This document shows, one piece after another, positions 10,363 to 21,093 of a DNA stretch of 64,000 nt. This stretch comes from a virus. The notes below the pieces were generated by a model that saw nothing but the letters and a program-made list of their open reading frames with translations, made no database searches and had not been told where the DNA came from. The translations under genes were made by a program, and so were the position numbers. Every line of letters starts with the position of its first letter. The first letter of the stretch is position 1. Where the stretch lies: the IMG/VR virus record IMGVR_UViG_3300027754_000039, positions 64,001-128,000 of that record. One strand, written 5' to 3'.

Positions 10363-11805
10363 ATGCCTAGACCTAAACAACAAAGACAATTGAAAAAATG
10401 CAAAATGTGTGATGTGCATTTTGAGCATTTACCATCATGGAATAAACAATATTGCAGTAAAAAATGTGCAAATGCAGACCCCAAAGTTAAACAAAAACAA
10501 CGCGATGCTTTACAACTAATATGGGATGCAAAAGGACATCCTATGACTCACAAAGACATTCAGAAGAAACATAAATTAACAATGACTTTGAAATATGGAG
10601 TTGAGCATGCATTGTGTAGCAATGACATTTTATCTAAATCTAAACAAACTAAATTGAAAAAATATGGAAATGAAAATTTCAATAATTTAGATAAAGTACA
10701 TGCAACTAAATTGAAAAAATATGGAAGTGCTACTTACAACGGTCCGGTGAAACGAATGATAACTAAATACAATGACATATTAATAAAATGGAAACATGTC
10801 GTTCCTATGTTTACTGAATTAGAGTATAATGGAGTTGATAATACTCAATATTCATTTCAGTGCAATGAATGCTTTAATGTTTTTCATTCATCAATTGACA
10901 ATGGCATTATTCCAATATGCCGAGTATGTATTCCTACTCAAGCAGTAACTCAATCAAAAGGAGAAAAAGAATTAATAGAGTATATACGATCTCTAGCCCC
11001 TAACTGCGTAATTATTGAAAATGATCGTACAATATTATCAGGAAAAGAATTAGATATTGTGCTACCTGAATATAATATAGCTATTGAGTATAATGGATTG
11101 TATTGGCATTCAGAAAGTAAATTAAATAGCAAAAAATATCATTTAAACAAGACTAAACAGTCTATATCCGCAGGTTATTCATTGATACATATATTTGACT
11201 ATCAATGGCATCAAAAGCAAGACATTGTTAAATCAATTATATCTACCAAGCTTAAGTGTAATACTACTATCCCGGCAAGAAAATGTGTCGTTAAAGAAAT
11301 TAAATCAAAAGTTAAAAATGATTTTTTAAATAAAACTCATTTACAGGGTTCGTGTAATTCCAGAGTGAATTTAGGATTGTATTACAATGACAATTTAGTT
11401 GCTGTATGTACTTTAGGAAGAGCTCGTTATACTAAACAATATGAGTGGGAGCTTATAAGATTTGCTTCAGAATTGAATTGCACCATAGTTGGTGGCTTTT
11501 CTAAATTACTATCGTATTTTATTAAAACGTATAATCCAAAAAATATATTTACTTATTGCGATAGGGCAATAAGCAATGGAAATGCCTATTTTAAAAGTAA
11601 TTTTAAATTAATAGGCGTTACTTCATCTAATTATTTTTACTTTAAAGGAGCTAATGTATACTCACGGGAGCTATTTCAAAAACATAAATTACAAAGTAAA
11701 ATTGCAATATTTGATAATACAATAACTGAGTATGAAAATATGTTGATTAATGGATATGATCGGTATTGGGACTGTGGTAATTATAAATTTTTATATACTC
11801 CTTAA
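10363..11805 (+). mobile_element. Hef-like/Vsr-like homing endonuclease-like gene on the opposite strand
   Basis: Zn-ribbon, repeated TKLKKYG motifs, ELDIVLPEYNIAIEYNGLYWHSE nuclease motif, C-terminal RIWDCG-like end (RYWDCGN). Only convincing plus-strand gene; has its own ATATTTATT motif at 10327-10335. Confidence 0.8.
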
Positions 11806-11903
11806 AAGTTATCAATTATATTGGCAGTAACACCTACACACATCAACGTATTCAGTCAATCTATTTGTTTTAATATAAATATATACTATCGTAAAACCAA
11901 AAG

Positions 11904-11930
11904 AAAAGCCCCAATTTCTTGAGGCTTTTT
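11904..11930. terminator. Probably bidirectional intrinsic terminator between the sheath and endonuclease genes
   Basis: AAAAGCCCC-AATTTCTT-GAGGCTTTT with T-runs on both strands. Confidence 0.75.
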
Positions 11931-11946
11931 CTATAAAAATAATTTA

Positions 11947-14391
11947 TTACGCTCCTGGGAATGCAGCGCCTGTCGGTAAAATGTTGAAGTCAATAATAAT
12001 GAATTCAGCGGTCTTGGCAGGTTGCAAAAAGATTTGACCATACATAATGTTACGATCAATTACATCTGGAGTGTTATTTGACTCATCCATTACAACACGG
12101 AAAGAATATAAACCTTGACGTTGTTGTACTGATTCTAAATATGGATTACAAATATTTAAGAAACGGTTACGAGTTGCAGCGGTATTTTGTTCAAATACTA
12201 AATACTTAGTTGCTGATGCAATGTATTTCTTAACTGCAATTAATAAACGTCTTACATTGATTCTATCCAAAGCAGACGGCTTAGCTTGAAGTGTTTTCTG
12301 ACCCCATACACAAACACCTTGACCAGGGAAAGTAGCAATAGGATTAACACGGCCTTCATATAATTCATCTCTTTCAGCGTGAGTTAAACGAGTATAAGCG
12401 TCTATTACAGAAGTTAAACCACCACGATTTAAACCTGCAGGTGCATACCATTCAGCAGCTACCCTATCATTAAATGCTAACACACCCGGAATAACAACAC
12501 TTGGTGGAACCCATACTGGCTTATTAATACCAGCGTCTAGGATTTTAACCCATGGATAGTAAGTAGCAGCATAATTGTTATCAAAAGTGTCTACCTCTCC
12601 TGTTACAGTTGCAATATTAGCAGTTAAACCTGCAGCGTCAAATACAAAGAAAGTATCTCCTCTGTCTAAACACATATTAGCAGCGTAGTCAATTACGGCT
12701 GAGTGATATTGCTGAATAACACCTGGAAGAATTAACATATTAATATCTAATTCGTCAGGATTGGAAACAGCATCAATAGCATTTTTATACACTGAATAAT
12801 CTTTGGCTGTATTAGAACGCAAATCATATCCTTGAGTATTTGCAGCTACGATATCAGCTCCTACTAAAATTCTACGATTAGGCTGAACACCATCTGCACC
12901 TCCTTGAAAAGGAACAATAAATTTACGAGAATCAATTACGGTATTAGTCGTTAAGTCAATTGAACCAGAATAAGGTGCAGCTGCTGTTGGGTAGCTTGCT
13001 CCAGCTTCTTGATTGAAATTGGTTAATAAGAAATTAGCATTGGATCCTGTAGTTGCGCTTGTCTTAGGAGTTGGTTTTAAATAATTAATATTATCTGTTC
13101 CAGCAAAATCATAATCAAATCCAAAGAATTTACGTTTATTGTAAGTACCATTTATAGTCTGAGCAGCTACGAAGCTAGCAGTTGGTACATTTGTAAATGC
13201 TGAAGGAGTTGGATTATATAAAGCAGCAAATCCGAAAGGAACTAACTCTACAGAATAAACACCTTTAGATACGTTGTCGTCGACTTCTACATACACGTAT
13301 TTAGATTTACTTGGATAATCGCCATTAGCTATAACCTTTCCAGATTCAAAAGTTAAATAACGGTCACCAATTACTCTAGAAATGAATCTAGTTGAATTAG
13401 GGTCTAAATTTACATTGTCAAAAGATTCTAATACATTAGCACGAACATCTGAATCTTGAGTGCTATATGGAGAGCCTACTGCTGTTAATTTAGTTTGATC
13501 AACTGCACGAATAGTTACGGTAAATGATCCATATTCTGAACCTGCTACTGTACCTGCTGCTTTGATGTTTGAAATTGCAACTTTAGTTTCATAATTAGCG
13601 TGAACTCCGTCAGCGTGTGTATGAAGTTTAAATAGATTTTGACTTACTCCATTTACTTTTTGTGAAATGATATATGGAGTTTGAGCTTCTAAATAAGCAT
13701 CAGAGAAATTAAATGAACCTGATTGCAATGTTATTGTACAAGCCGGGTCAGCTGCTAGCGAAGCAGATGCTGCTGTTCCAAAGAATGTATATAAATAAGC
13801 CGGAGTGGATGATACATTAGCTTGCTTACTAAATACCTTAGACATATAGTTTGCGCTTAAGCTAGACAATGAAGCGCTATAAATAGCACTTGAAGGTCCT
13901 TTTGCATTAGGGAATGCAGCGGTGTCTACTGTATAAGATCCTGAAATTTGAATTACAAACGATCCACTAGTATTAGCGGTTACTACTGATTGATGAAACA
14001 AGTTTGTCGTTGCATCATAAAATGCATCTGTTTCAGATAACACTTGAGAAGGGTGAAGTAAAGCAATTTGTCTACTTCCGAACGATCCTGTAGCTACTAC
14101 TGCAATTGGATTAGCTAAGCTATATCCGTCATCATGTAATGTTCGAACAACTGTTAATTGTCCTGAATTGTTTAAATACTCCTTAGCGGTGTAAGGTAAG
14201 TATAAGTTTGGATTTGTGTCTCCGAAAATTTGCACAAACTCTCCATAGGATGTTACTGAAATTGGCACCATTGCCGGTCCTTTAATTGTCGGACCAATAA
14301 ATGCTGCGCCAATATTGGCAATACCTTGAGGTAAGAAAGACAAATCTTTTTCTTCAGTAAACACACCGGGGCTAACGATTTTTTCTGCCAT
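11947..14391 (-). CDS. gp18: Tail sheath protein
   Basis: VSPGVFTEEKDLSF N-terminus; WYAPAGLNRG, RVNPI, WGQKTL, RINVRRL, FLQPAKTAEFI C-terminal sheath motifs. Confidence 0.95.
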   Translation of the reverse strand: MAEKIVSPGVFTEEKDLSFLPQGIANIGAAFIGPTIKGPAMVPISVTSYGEFVQIFGDTNPNLYLPYTAKEYLNNSGQLTVVRTLHDDGYSLANPIAVVATGSFGSRQIALLHPSQVLSETDAFYDATTNLFHQSVVTANTSGSFVIQISGSYTVDTAAFPNAKGPSSAIYSASLSSLSANYMSKVFSKQANVSSTPAYLYTFFGTAASASLAADPACTITLQSGSFNFSDAYLEAQTPYIISQKVNGVSQNLFKLHTHADGVHANYETKVAISNIKAAGTVAGSEYGSFTVTIRAVDQTKLTAVGSPYSTQDSDVRANVLESFDNVNLDPNSTRFISRVIGDRYLTFESGKVIANGDYPSKSKYVYVEVDDNVSKGVYSVELVPFGFAALYNPTPSAFTNVPTASFVAAQTINGTYNKRKFFGFDYDFAGTDNINYLKPTPKTSATTGSNANFLLTNFNQEAGASYPTAAAPYSGSIDLTTNTVIDSRKFIVPFQGGADGVQPNRRILVGADIVAANTQGYDLRSNTAKDYSVYKNAIDAVSNPDELDINMLILPGVIQQYHSAVIDYAANMCLDRGDTFFVFDAAGLTANIATVTGEVDTFDNNYAATYYPWVKILDAGINKPVWVPPSVVIPGVLAFNDRVAAEWYAPAGLNRGGLTSVIDAYTRLTHAERDELYEGRVNPIATFPGQGVCVWGQKTLQAKPSALDRINVRRLLIAVKKYIASATKYLVFEQNTAATRNRFLNICNPYLESVQQRQGLYSFRVVMDESNNTPDVIDRNIMYGQIFLQPAKTAEFIIIDFNILPTGAAFPGA

Positions 14392-14454
14392 TGTAATTTA
14401 TGATTAATTGATTGTTAAAGATTTTTATCTACTTATAAATATGATTTAGTTGAC

Positions 14455-14730
14455 TCAAACAGATGGCGTAAACTCACCAGTTTCAATGTTAATTTCACCT
14501 TGGCCATATTTTTTAGTAACATCTTCTGCAAATTTAATTTCTTCTGTTTGAATAGTTAAATAATCATTTGAAAATGTTTGCTCTAACTGAGCTAAACGAT
14601 TAACTTGAGAATTTAATAGAATTTGTTCTATTTTTAACTGACCTAATTTAGCTGTGATATCAGCATATTTGGTTTGAAGACTATTGATAGCCTGAATCTC
14701 TTCTGGAGATATTTTGATTGGATTTGCCAT
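14455..14730 (-). CDS. Small coiled-coil protein (possible tail fibre chaperone)
   Basis: 91 aa, ending KKYGQGEINIETGEFTP; next to the fibre gene. Function is inference. Confidence 0.55.
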   Translation of the reverse strand: MANPIKISPEEIQAINSLQTKYADITAKLGQLKIEQILLNSQVNRLAQLEQTFSNDYLTIQTEEIKFAEDVTKKYGQGEINIETGEFTPSV

Positions 14731-14732
14731 AA

Positions 14733-14823
14733 CTAATTTATATTATTATTATATATTATATATTATATATTATAATTAATATTATTTATTAATATATTAT
14801 ATATTTAATATAATTATAGTATA
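14733..14823. repeat. Near-pure A/T low-complexity intergenic tract
   Basis: About 90 nt of TAT/ATA repeats with almost no G or C. Confidence 0.8.
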
Positions 14824-14939
14824 ACCATTTCAAACATTGACTATGACTGAAAAATTTATTGTTCTAAACCAATCTTCTCCTGACAGAATAGGTTGTACCT
14901 TCCCATTGAACATATGTTTTTTGTTCATCAACTAATTTT

Positions 14940-15131
14940 CTAACTGGTTGTATTAAAGTTTCTAGCACTTCTTTTAGATAATTCCTCGTTAATAAATTTA
15001 ATGTTAGCTTGGTTTTGTTCAATGATTGCTAATGAATCATAAACTATAGCCTTTAATTCAATTATTGAATAGTCTTCAATTGTTTTTTCCGTTGCAACTT
15101 CATTAGCAACTTCTATGTTATCTGGTTTCAT
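14940..15131 (-). CDS. Small hypothetical protein
   Basis: 63 aa, translationally coupled to the upstream ORF. Confidence 0.55.
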   Translation of the reverse strand: MKPDNIEVANEVATEKTIEDYSIIELKAIVYDSLAIIEQNQANIKFINEELSKRSARNFNTTS

Positions 15132-15340
15132 TAGTTTTCAAAGTTTTCAGGAGTTTCAGTCATAACAGCATAGCCTTTTACGCCTTCTGCAATTTCAAAT
15201 TCAAGGATATTACCTACTATAATTGGGTTAATTAAAATGTCAGCTCTTTCAGCTAAGAAAGTTTGTACGTCATCTGTAAGTTGACTGATACCAATATTTG
15301 TTGGGCAGTCAGGTTTGTTAAAATAAATTAGTGTTTTCAT
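15131..15340 (-). CDS. Small hypothetical protein (start revised to MKTLIYF)
   Basis: ATG 15340 is preceded by an A-run and a TATATTTA motif; the track start at 15412 overlaps the fibre gene. Confidence 0.55.
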   Translation of the reverse strand: MKTLIYFNKPDCPTNIGISQLTDDVQTFLAERADILINPIIVGNILEFEIAEGVKGYAVMTETPENFEN

Positions 15341-15362
15341 GTTTTTTTTTGTAAATATAATA

Positions 15363-18300
15363 TTAAAGAAGAGTGTATTCAAATTTGATAACAGTATTTG
15401 TAGATACCGCACTAGTATCCATTATAATTTCAGTGTTAGTAGCAGACGCAGTTATTGTAAAACCGATTGTCGAAGTATCTCCAATGTCTTGAGATTTTGT
15501 ATCTGTTATATTAAAAGAAGATCCAGCGTTATTTCTTACTGCCATAAGAGTACCCGCTCTCATATTTGCATAATTTTGCATTACCGGTGGGCCAATACTC
15601 CATAACACATATTTTACAAAAATTGCATGATGAGTATATGCGGAGAAGTCGGCTGTAATAACTGAATTAGTGCCTGGAGCAAACGTTCCTTCATTTGCAA
15701 ATGTCTTAGAAACATTTCCAATATTTGTATACGTCGAAGCTTCAACATAAGACCCAGATAAAGTTGTACTTACTACAGAGTTCAATCCAGTAACATTGCT
15801 AGATAAAGCTAAGCTGTCTGTGGACTCGACAACTAAATTAGTACCAGCTAAGTCTGTTAGTAAATCACCATAGGTAATGTATTTGCTAGCTCCGTCATTG
15901 ATATAAAATTGATCTGAAGATGTTAAATCTGATACACTTGTATTCGGGAAAGCAGCAGTAATTCCTGTTAAGCCAGTACCATCACCTTTGAAAGATCCGG
16001 TAATTCCTCCCGTGTCTGCATTGATAGTTCCTAGTATAGATAAAGATCCTGTAATATTTACATTTCCTGTTACACTTTGATTTCCTGCAAAGGTATTCGA
16101 ACCTGTTGTTGCAAATCCTGTCGTCGACGTCGATAACGCGTAGTTAGTTAATGAAGAAGTTAAAGCATAAGACCCAGCGTTTAATCCACCTAATCCATTT
16201 GAATCAGTTACAGCTCCAACTACATTAGCTCCAGCTACATACGAAGCCGTAGACGCTAAAGTTGCATTAGTAGCCCAACTAGAAGTTCCAAATAATGATC
16301 CTGTAAATGAAGAAGCATTTACACTTCCTGTTACAGTTAAATTTCCATTTAGTATTCGAACACTGCCACTAAATCCAGCAGCATAGTTATTAGTAATTGT
16401 TGCATTAGTTCCTGCTGTTGCTGCTTCTACGTATAAACCGTAAACATTTGTAGCAGTACTAGCACCAGTAAAAGCAAGTGTATTAGAACTAAAGTAATTG
16501 AAGTATTGAGTAGTTAAAGTCCCTGTTAAAAATGTTTTAGTAGACCCTGTAATTTTAAAATAAGGCGCATTTGTACTTGCTACTTGATTTAAGTCTGCAC
16601 CGCAAGTAAAAGTAAATGGAGTATTTGAACCTCCATTTTTTAATGTAGGTGCAAAAGTTACAGTATTAATATCAAACGTATGTAAAATATTACCATTAAT
16701 TAATAATTGTATTCCAGACTTGCCATTCAAATAAGTATTACCTACTGTTTGATGTGCTGATAAAGAATAATTAGTCGTGTCAGGAGTTGTTGTATTTAAA
16801 TAAATAGCTGCCCTAGCTGTACTTCCTGATTGTGAACCAATATCAATCCACGCTGTATCTTGACCTATCCTAACTAATCTTTGTGATGCAGTTACAGCAT
16901 TTCCAATGTTTACAAAATCACTTCCGGTAACTAATGCTCTTATTGAACCTGTTACGACTAAACTACCAGTTATAATAGCATTTCCGGTGTATGGAAATAC
17001 AGGAGCATATGTTGAAGCGTATGAAGCTGTTATTGAATAAGATGCAGAAATTGAATTTTGCGACTGCGAAGATGAAATAGCGTAAGAAGCGCTTATAACA
17101 CTACCACTATAATAAGATGCAGTCGTAGCGTATGATGCACTTACAGCTTGAAAAACATACGAAGCGGTTTGTGAGTTTGAAGCACTTAATGCTAGATTTC
17201 CATTAGTAAATATAGATCCTGTTATAAATGAAGCTGTACCAAGTAATGAACCTGTAATCCCACCGGTTACGTTTAATGAACCTGTTACATTTAAACCACC
17301 TGTTAGTATTTGAACACTACCACTAAACCCAGCAGCGTAATTGTTTGTTATTGTAGCATTAGTTCCAGCAGTAGGGGCTTCTACGTAGAGACCATAAACA
17401 TTGGTGAATGTGCTTGCTGCTGCCGCAGCCAAAGTTGTGGTCTTTAGCCACCAGTCACGATGATTTGTTACAGCTCCAGTTGCGTAAGTTTGAGTTGAGC
17501 TATCTTGTTGTAAAGTTGGTGTTTCTGTACTCGCAGTTATTCCAGTTTGATTTGCTGGGGTAAATAAAAATCTAGGAACTGCTCCACTTGATGTTGCTCC
17601 AGTTACTTTAAACCTTACTGCGCTATCAGTTATGAATGATATTTGCTTAGTTGCTTGACCTATACCAACGGTAGCATCTGCAGTTGATGATATTGATGCG
17701 TTCGCAATGCCGCCGCCGCCGTAAAACTTAGCAATTAAATTAGAATCATCAATGGTAAATGCGGTGTAACCTGCGCTATTTATTATTTTAAATAATGTTA
17801 TTCCTGTTGCTGAATTAGTTTGACCATTAATAACTAATCCAGTCTGGCTGGCTATTGGAGTTAGTATCAACCCACCATTAATGCCCATTCCATAATTATT
17901 AGTTATAGTTGCATTAGTCCCTGCTGTTGATGCTTCTACATATAGACCATAAACATTAGTCGCTGTACTCGCTCCAACAAAACTAACCGTGTTAGCACTA
18001 AAGTAATTGAAGTATTGAGTTGCTAAAGTTCCTGTTGCCCATTGCTTATTCGCTCCTGTTATTTTGAAGTTTGGTATGTTAGTTGATAAGGTTTGGTTGG
18101 TATTGGCTGCGTTTGTAAAAGTAAATTGCGTTATAGCCCCTGATGCAGTAACGGCTTGTTTAAAAGATGTTGCATTTATTGTGAATCTTGCTTTTTCGCT
18201 TCCTGAACCATATCCTCCTGCTGTTAATACCCATCCACCTGTTGCATTTTCATTTGTTAAAAATGACAAAGTTGGTGAGTTAGTTGCAACACCTGCTGTA

Positions 18301-19928
18301 TTATTATCATAAAAAGTTCCTACACCACCTGCCGTATTAAAAGCATTTAATGAAGAATAAGTTGTATTATTATCACCTAAAACTTCTATAAATGAATATC
18401 CTGTTGCATTTGTGTTTTGAATATTTGCGCCAACATAACTTGCAGGTACACTTTTTATTAAATCAAAATCAAAAGCAGGAGAAGTTGTGCCTAATCCTAG
18501 TCTATTATTCACTTCATCATAAGCAGAAGTTCCAAATAGTATTTTGCCCTTAGTTGCATTTGAAGTTGATGCTAAAGTTAAAGTTCCACTTGCTGTACTT
18601 GCTCCGTTAACTAATGGACTAAATATTGAACCTGTTACGACTAAACTACCACTTATAATTGCACTGCCTGTAAATGGAAATACAGGAGCATATGTTGAAG
18701 CGTATGAAGCTGTTAATGCTTGTAATGCATAGGAAGAAGTTGTTGAATATGAACTACTTACTGCTTGCAATACATATGACGCAGTAGCTACAGACATTGA
18801 ACTAGTTGCAATTGTAAGTACATAATTAGGTGCTAATGATGCTGTTAATGCATAACTACTACTTAATGATTGGTTAGTATAACTAGCTGTACCTTGTAGT
18901 GATCCAGTAAATGAAGTAGCTTCTATTCCTCTAGGAGCTACTAATCTACCATTATTTTTAAATTCCCATAAATTAAATAGTGAGCTTGAGTTTGTTGTTA
19001 TATACACACTAAAATCATCAACGTTAACAGAAGATGATTGATTATATGATAGTAATTCAACAAATCCACCCGGTGCTCCTGCTACAATATCAATATATCC
19101 AGGATAAGCATTGCCGTAATAAGTTGATGTTATTCGAGCTCCACTAGCAAATGTTATTGAACCGCTTATTATTTGATTACCTATCACAGTTAATCCTGAA
19201 CCTGATATTAACAATGATCCTGTAATTATTGCACTTCCTGAGTATGGAAAAGTAGGTGTTGAAGAGGCATTTACTGCATACGAAGCTGTTAAAGCGTATG
19301 ATGCACTTACTGCTTGTAAAACATAACTAGCTGTTTGAGCTGTTGTAACGTAAGATGCTGTATTAGCTGATGTAGCAAATGAACTACTTACTGCTTGTTG
19401 AACATAAGAAGCTGTAGTTGACGTTCCAAATAATGATCCTGTAAATCCTAATGTTGAGATAGTTGATCCTGTTATAATTAAACTTCCTGTTATAATTGCA
19501 TTTCCGGTGTATGGAAATGAAGAAGCGTTAGCAACATAAGATGCAGTCGTAGCGTATGATGCACTTACAGCTTGAAAAACATACGAAGCAGTTTGAGCAT
19601 TTTGAGCATAACTTGCAGTTTGAGTTAATACTACATAAGATGCGGTTGCTGCAAACGATGAACTTATAGCTTGTGTAGCGTATGATGATGTACCTTGTAA
19701 TGAACCAGTTATACTTGGTATATTTACACTTCCTGTTACTTGTAAACTTCCTGTTATAATTGTTCTACCATTTATTGTTTGATTACCATTAAATGTATTT
19801 GAACCAGTAATTGCAAATGAACCGGTGTCAATTGTTATTCCACTACTATTTAAAGCAAATGATGCAGTTTGTGCATAACTTGCACTTGCAACACTACCTG
19901 ATATTTGTCTTCCTGCTATTAATGACAT
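15363..19928 (-). CDS. Long tail fibre / repeat-rich adhesin-like virion protein
   Basis: 1521 aa, Ser/Thr/Ala/Gly-rich, many TASY/SASYA and ITGSL repeats, three GLYVEA.TAGTNATITNNY modules. Confidence 0.75.
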   Translation of the reverse strand: MSLIAGRQISGSVASASYAQTASFALNSSGITIDTGSFAITGSNTFNGNQTINGRTIITGSLQVTGSVNIPSITGSLQGTSSYATQAISSSFAATASYVVLTQTASYAQNAQTASYVFQAVSASYATTASYVANASSFPYTGNAIITGSLIITGSTISTLGFTGSLFGTSTTASYVQQAVSSSFATSANTASYVTTAQTASYVLQAVSASYALTASYAVNASSTPTFPYSGSAIITGSLLISGSGLTVIGNQIISGSITFASGARITSTYYGNAYPGYIDIVAGAPGGFVELLSYNQSSSVNVDDFSVYITTNSSSLFNLWEFKNNGRLVAPRGIEATSFTGSLQGTASYTNQSLSSSYALTASLAPNYVLTIATSSMSVATASYVLQAVSSSYSTTSSYALQALTASYASTYAPVFPFTGSAIISGSLVVTGSIFSPLVNGASTASGTLTLASTSNATKGKILFGTSAYDEVNNRLGLGTTSPAFDFDLIKSVPASYVGANIQNTNATGYSFIEVLGDNNTTYSSLNAFNTAGGVGTFYDNNTAGVATNSPTLSFLTNENATGGWVLTAGGYGSGSEKARFTINATSFKQAVTASGAITQFTFTNAANTNQTLSTNIPNFKITGANKQWATGTLATQYFNYFSANTVSFVGASTATNVYGLYVEASTAGTNATITNNYGMGINGGLILTPIASQTGLVINGQTNSATGITLFKIINSAGYTAFTIDDSNLIAKFYGGGGIANASISSTADATVGIGQATKQISFITDSAVRFKVTGATSSGAVPRFLFTPANQTGITASTETPTLQQDSSTQTYATGAVTNHRDWWLKTTTLAAAAASTFTNVYGLYVEAPTAGTNATITNNYAAGFSGSVQILTGGLNVTGSLNVTGGITGSLLGTASFITGSIFTNGNLALSASNSQTASYVFQAVSASYATTASYYSGSVISASYAISSSQSQNSISASYSITASYASTYAPVFPYTGNAIITGSLVVTGSIRALVTGSDFVNIGNAVTASQRLVRIGQDTAWIDIGSQSGSTARAAIYLNTTTPDTTNYSLSAHQTVGNTYLNGKSGIQLLINGNILHTFDINTVTFAPTLKNGGSNTPFTFTCGADLNQVASTNAPYFKITGSTKTFLTGTLTTQYFNYFSSNTLAFTGASTATNVYGLYVEAATAGTNATITNNYAAGFSGSVRILNGNLTVTGSVNASSFTGSLFGTSSWATNATLASTASYVAGANVVGAVTDSNGLGGLNAGSYALTSSLTNYALSTSTTGFATTGSNTFAGNQSVTGNVNITGSLSILGTINADTGGITGSFKGDGTGLTGITAAFPNTSVSDLTSSDQFYINDGASKYITYGDLLTDLAGTNLVVESTDSLALSSNVTGLNSVVSTTLSGSYVEASTYTNIGNVSKTFANEGTFAPGTNSVITADFSAYTHHAIFVKYVLWSIGPPVMQNYANMRAGTLMAVRNNAGSSFNITDTKSQDIGDTSTIGFTITASATNTEIIMDTSAVSTNTVIKFEYTLL
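16941..17165. repeat. Exact intragenic direct repeats in the fibre gene
   Basis: 17112-17165 = 19536-19589 (54 bp); 16991-17032 = 18674-18715 (42 bp); 16941-16968 = 18624-18651 (28 bp); 16978-16998 = 19498-19518 (21 bp). Confidence 0.85.
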
Positions 19929-19929
19929 T

Positions 19930-21093
19930 TTATATGAATTTTCCTATTGCGACTATTTCGTCTGTTAATGCTAATGTGAAACCTAATTGTGCTACATCAA
20001 TAATTAAAGTACTTACATTACTACTTTGAGTAAAAGATACTATTGCTGTTCTTTCTAATAAAACTCCATTGACATAAAATATAAAATTATCTATACTTGT
20101 ATTTGGTAATGATGACGGAGCTGCTAACCAACCAGAAGCAAATGTTGCTGAAGTAGTTGAAGTAACGGTTCCTGTTTTTTGTGTATTTGAATTAATATAT
20201 ACCAACGCAGCGTTAATATTTGCTGGATTTGCAGATTGACTTCCACCTGGTATACTCGGTCCCGACAAAACTGTCATAGGGCTTAATCCCGTACTCGATG
20301 TTGTCGTTTCAAATGTCATATCAACTTCAAACGCAGTTACAATTTTATTAACTGGATTAAGTTTATACATTGCAGGAGCATTAGGCCCATGAGTATTTAA
20401 TATATGAGCCTTTGTTCTCATTCCCATAGTAGCTCGCACAATTCTATCATCTCCATTGGCATTTACAGATTCAAATGAAGGAGGGTCAATGTGAGTTATA
20501 AATTTATGAGCATCACCAAATGCTTTACCATCAAACCAAATTAATTGCTCTACAACTTCATTTAATTGAATAGAGTTATTAGTCCAAATTAAAAGCTCAT
20601 ATTCTATTTGCACAAATTTTGGAACGTCTATGGAATAAAATTCTTTAATAGGCGAAGTTTGAGATAAAGAAAACCTATCATATCTATTTGCCTTAGTATA
20701 CTTTCTTTCAAAAGTAATTCGAGCGTCTGCAGTTTCTAAAACTTTTAAATCTTGAATGTCTTCTCTTTTAGATACTGAATTTCTTTTAATCATAATCATT
20801 GGAGTAAGTATTCTTCCTTGATTATCTCTTAAATATCCATGCTTTTGTACTGACGCCCATTTCTCTCCTGCTGCAAATAAAATAGGCACTGTAATAACAG
20901 AATTATCTTCTATACATGTTGGATTGATAATATTTTCCAAATGCCATTTAACTGCATAGTCGACGTCATATAAAGCAATAGACACATCTTTAACTGTACC
21001 ATCTCGCTTCCAATCTTCGCCTGTAGCATTACGTTTTACTTCTTTATTGGAAGAAAAAGTAGATTCTGTCTTATTTGGTTTAAGTGGCCTCAT
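19930..21093 (-). CDS. gp15: Tail terminator / sheath stabiliser (gp15-like)
   Basis: Follows the neck genes; VPILFAAGEKW...RDNQGRILTPMIMIKR and YELLIWT...QLNEVVEQL pattern. Confidence 0.65.
   Translation of the reverse strand: MRPLKPNKTESTFSSNKEVKRNATGEDWKRDGTVKDVSIALYDVDYAVKWHLENIINPTCIEDNSVITVPILFAAGEKWASVQKHGYLRDNQGRILTPMIMIKRNSVSKREDIQDLKVLETADARITFERKYTKANRYDRFSLSQTSPIKEFYSIDVPKFVQIEYELLIWTNNSIQLNEVVEQLIWFDGKAFGDAHKFITHIDPPSFESVNANGDDRIVRATMGMRTKAHILNTHGPNAPAMYKLNPVNKIVTAFEVDMTFETTTSSTGLSPMTVLSGPSIPGGSQSANPANINAALVYINSNTQKTGTVTSTTSATFASGWLAAPSSLPNTSIDNFIFYVNGVLLERTAIVSFTQSSNVSTLIIDVAQLGFTLALTDEIVAIGKFI

Noticed and set aside
15341-15412. Track start 15412 (and similarly 52835 for the 51030 ORF)
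   Set aside because: These extensions overlap the upstream gene or the terminator/promoter hairpin; internal ATGs at 15340 and 52802 have better contexts.
16380-19589. Diversity-generating retroelement TR/VR pair in the fibre gene
   Set aside because: Repeat differences are synonymous or absent rather than adenine-specific, the repeats are not C-terminal, and no reverse transcriptase is in the window.
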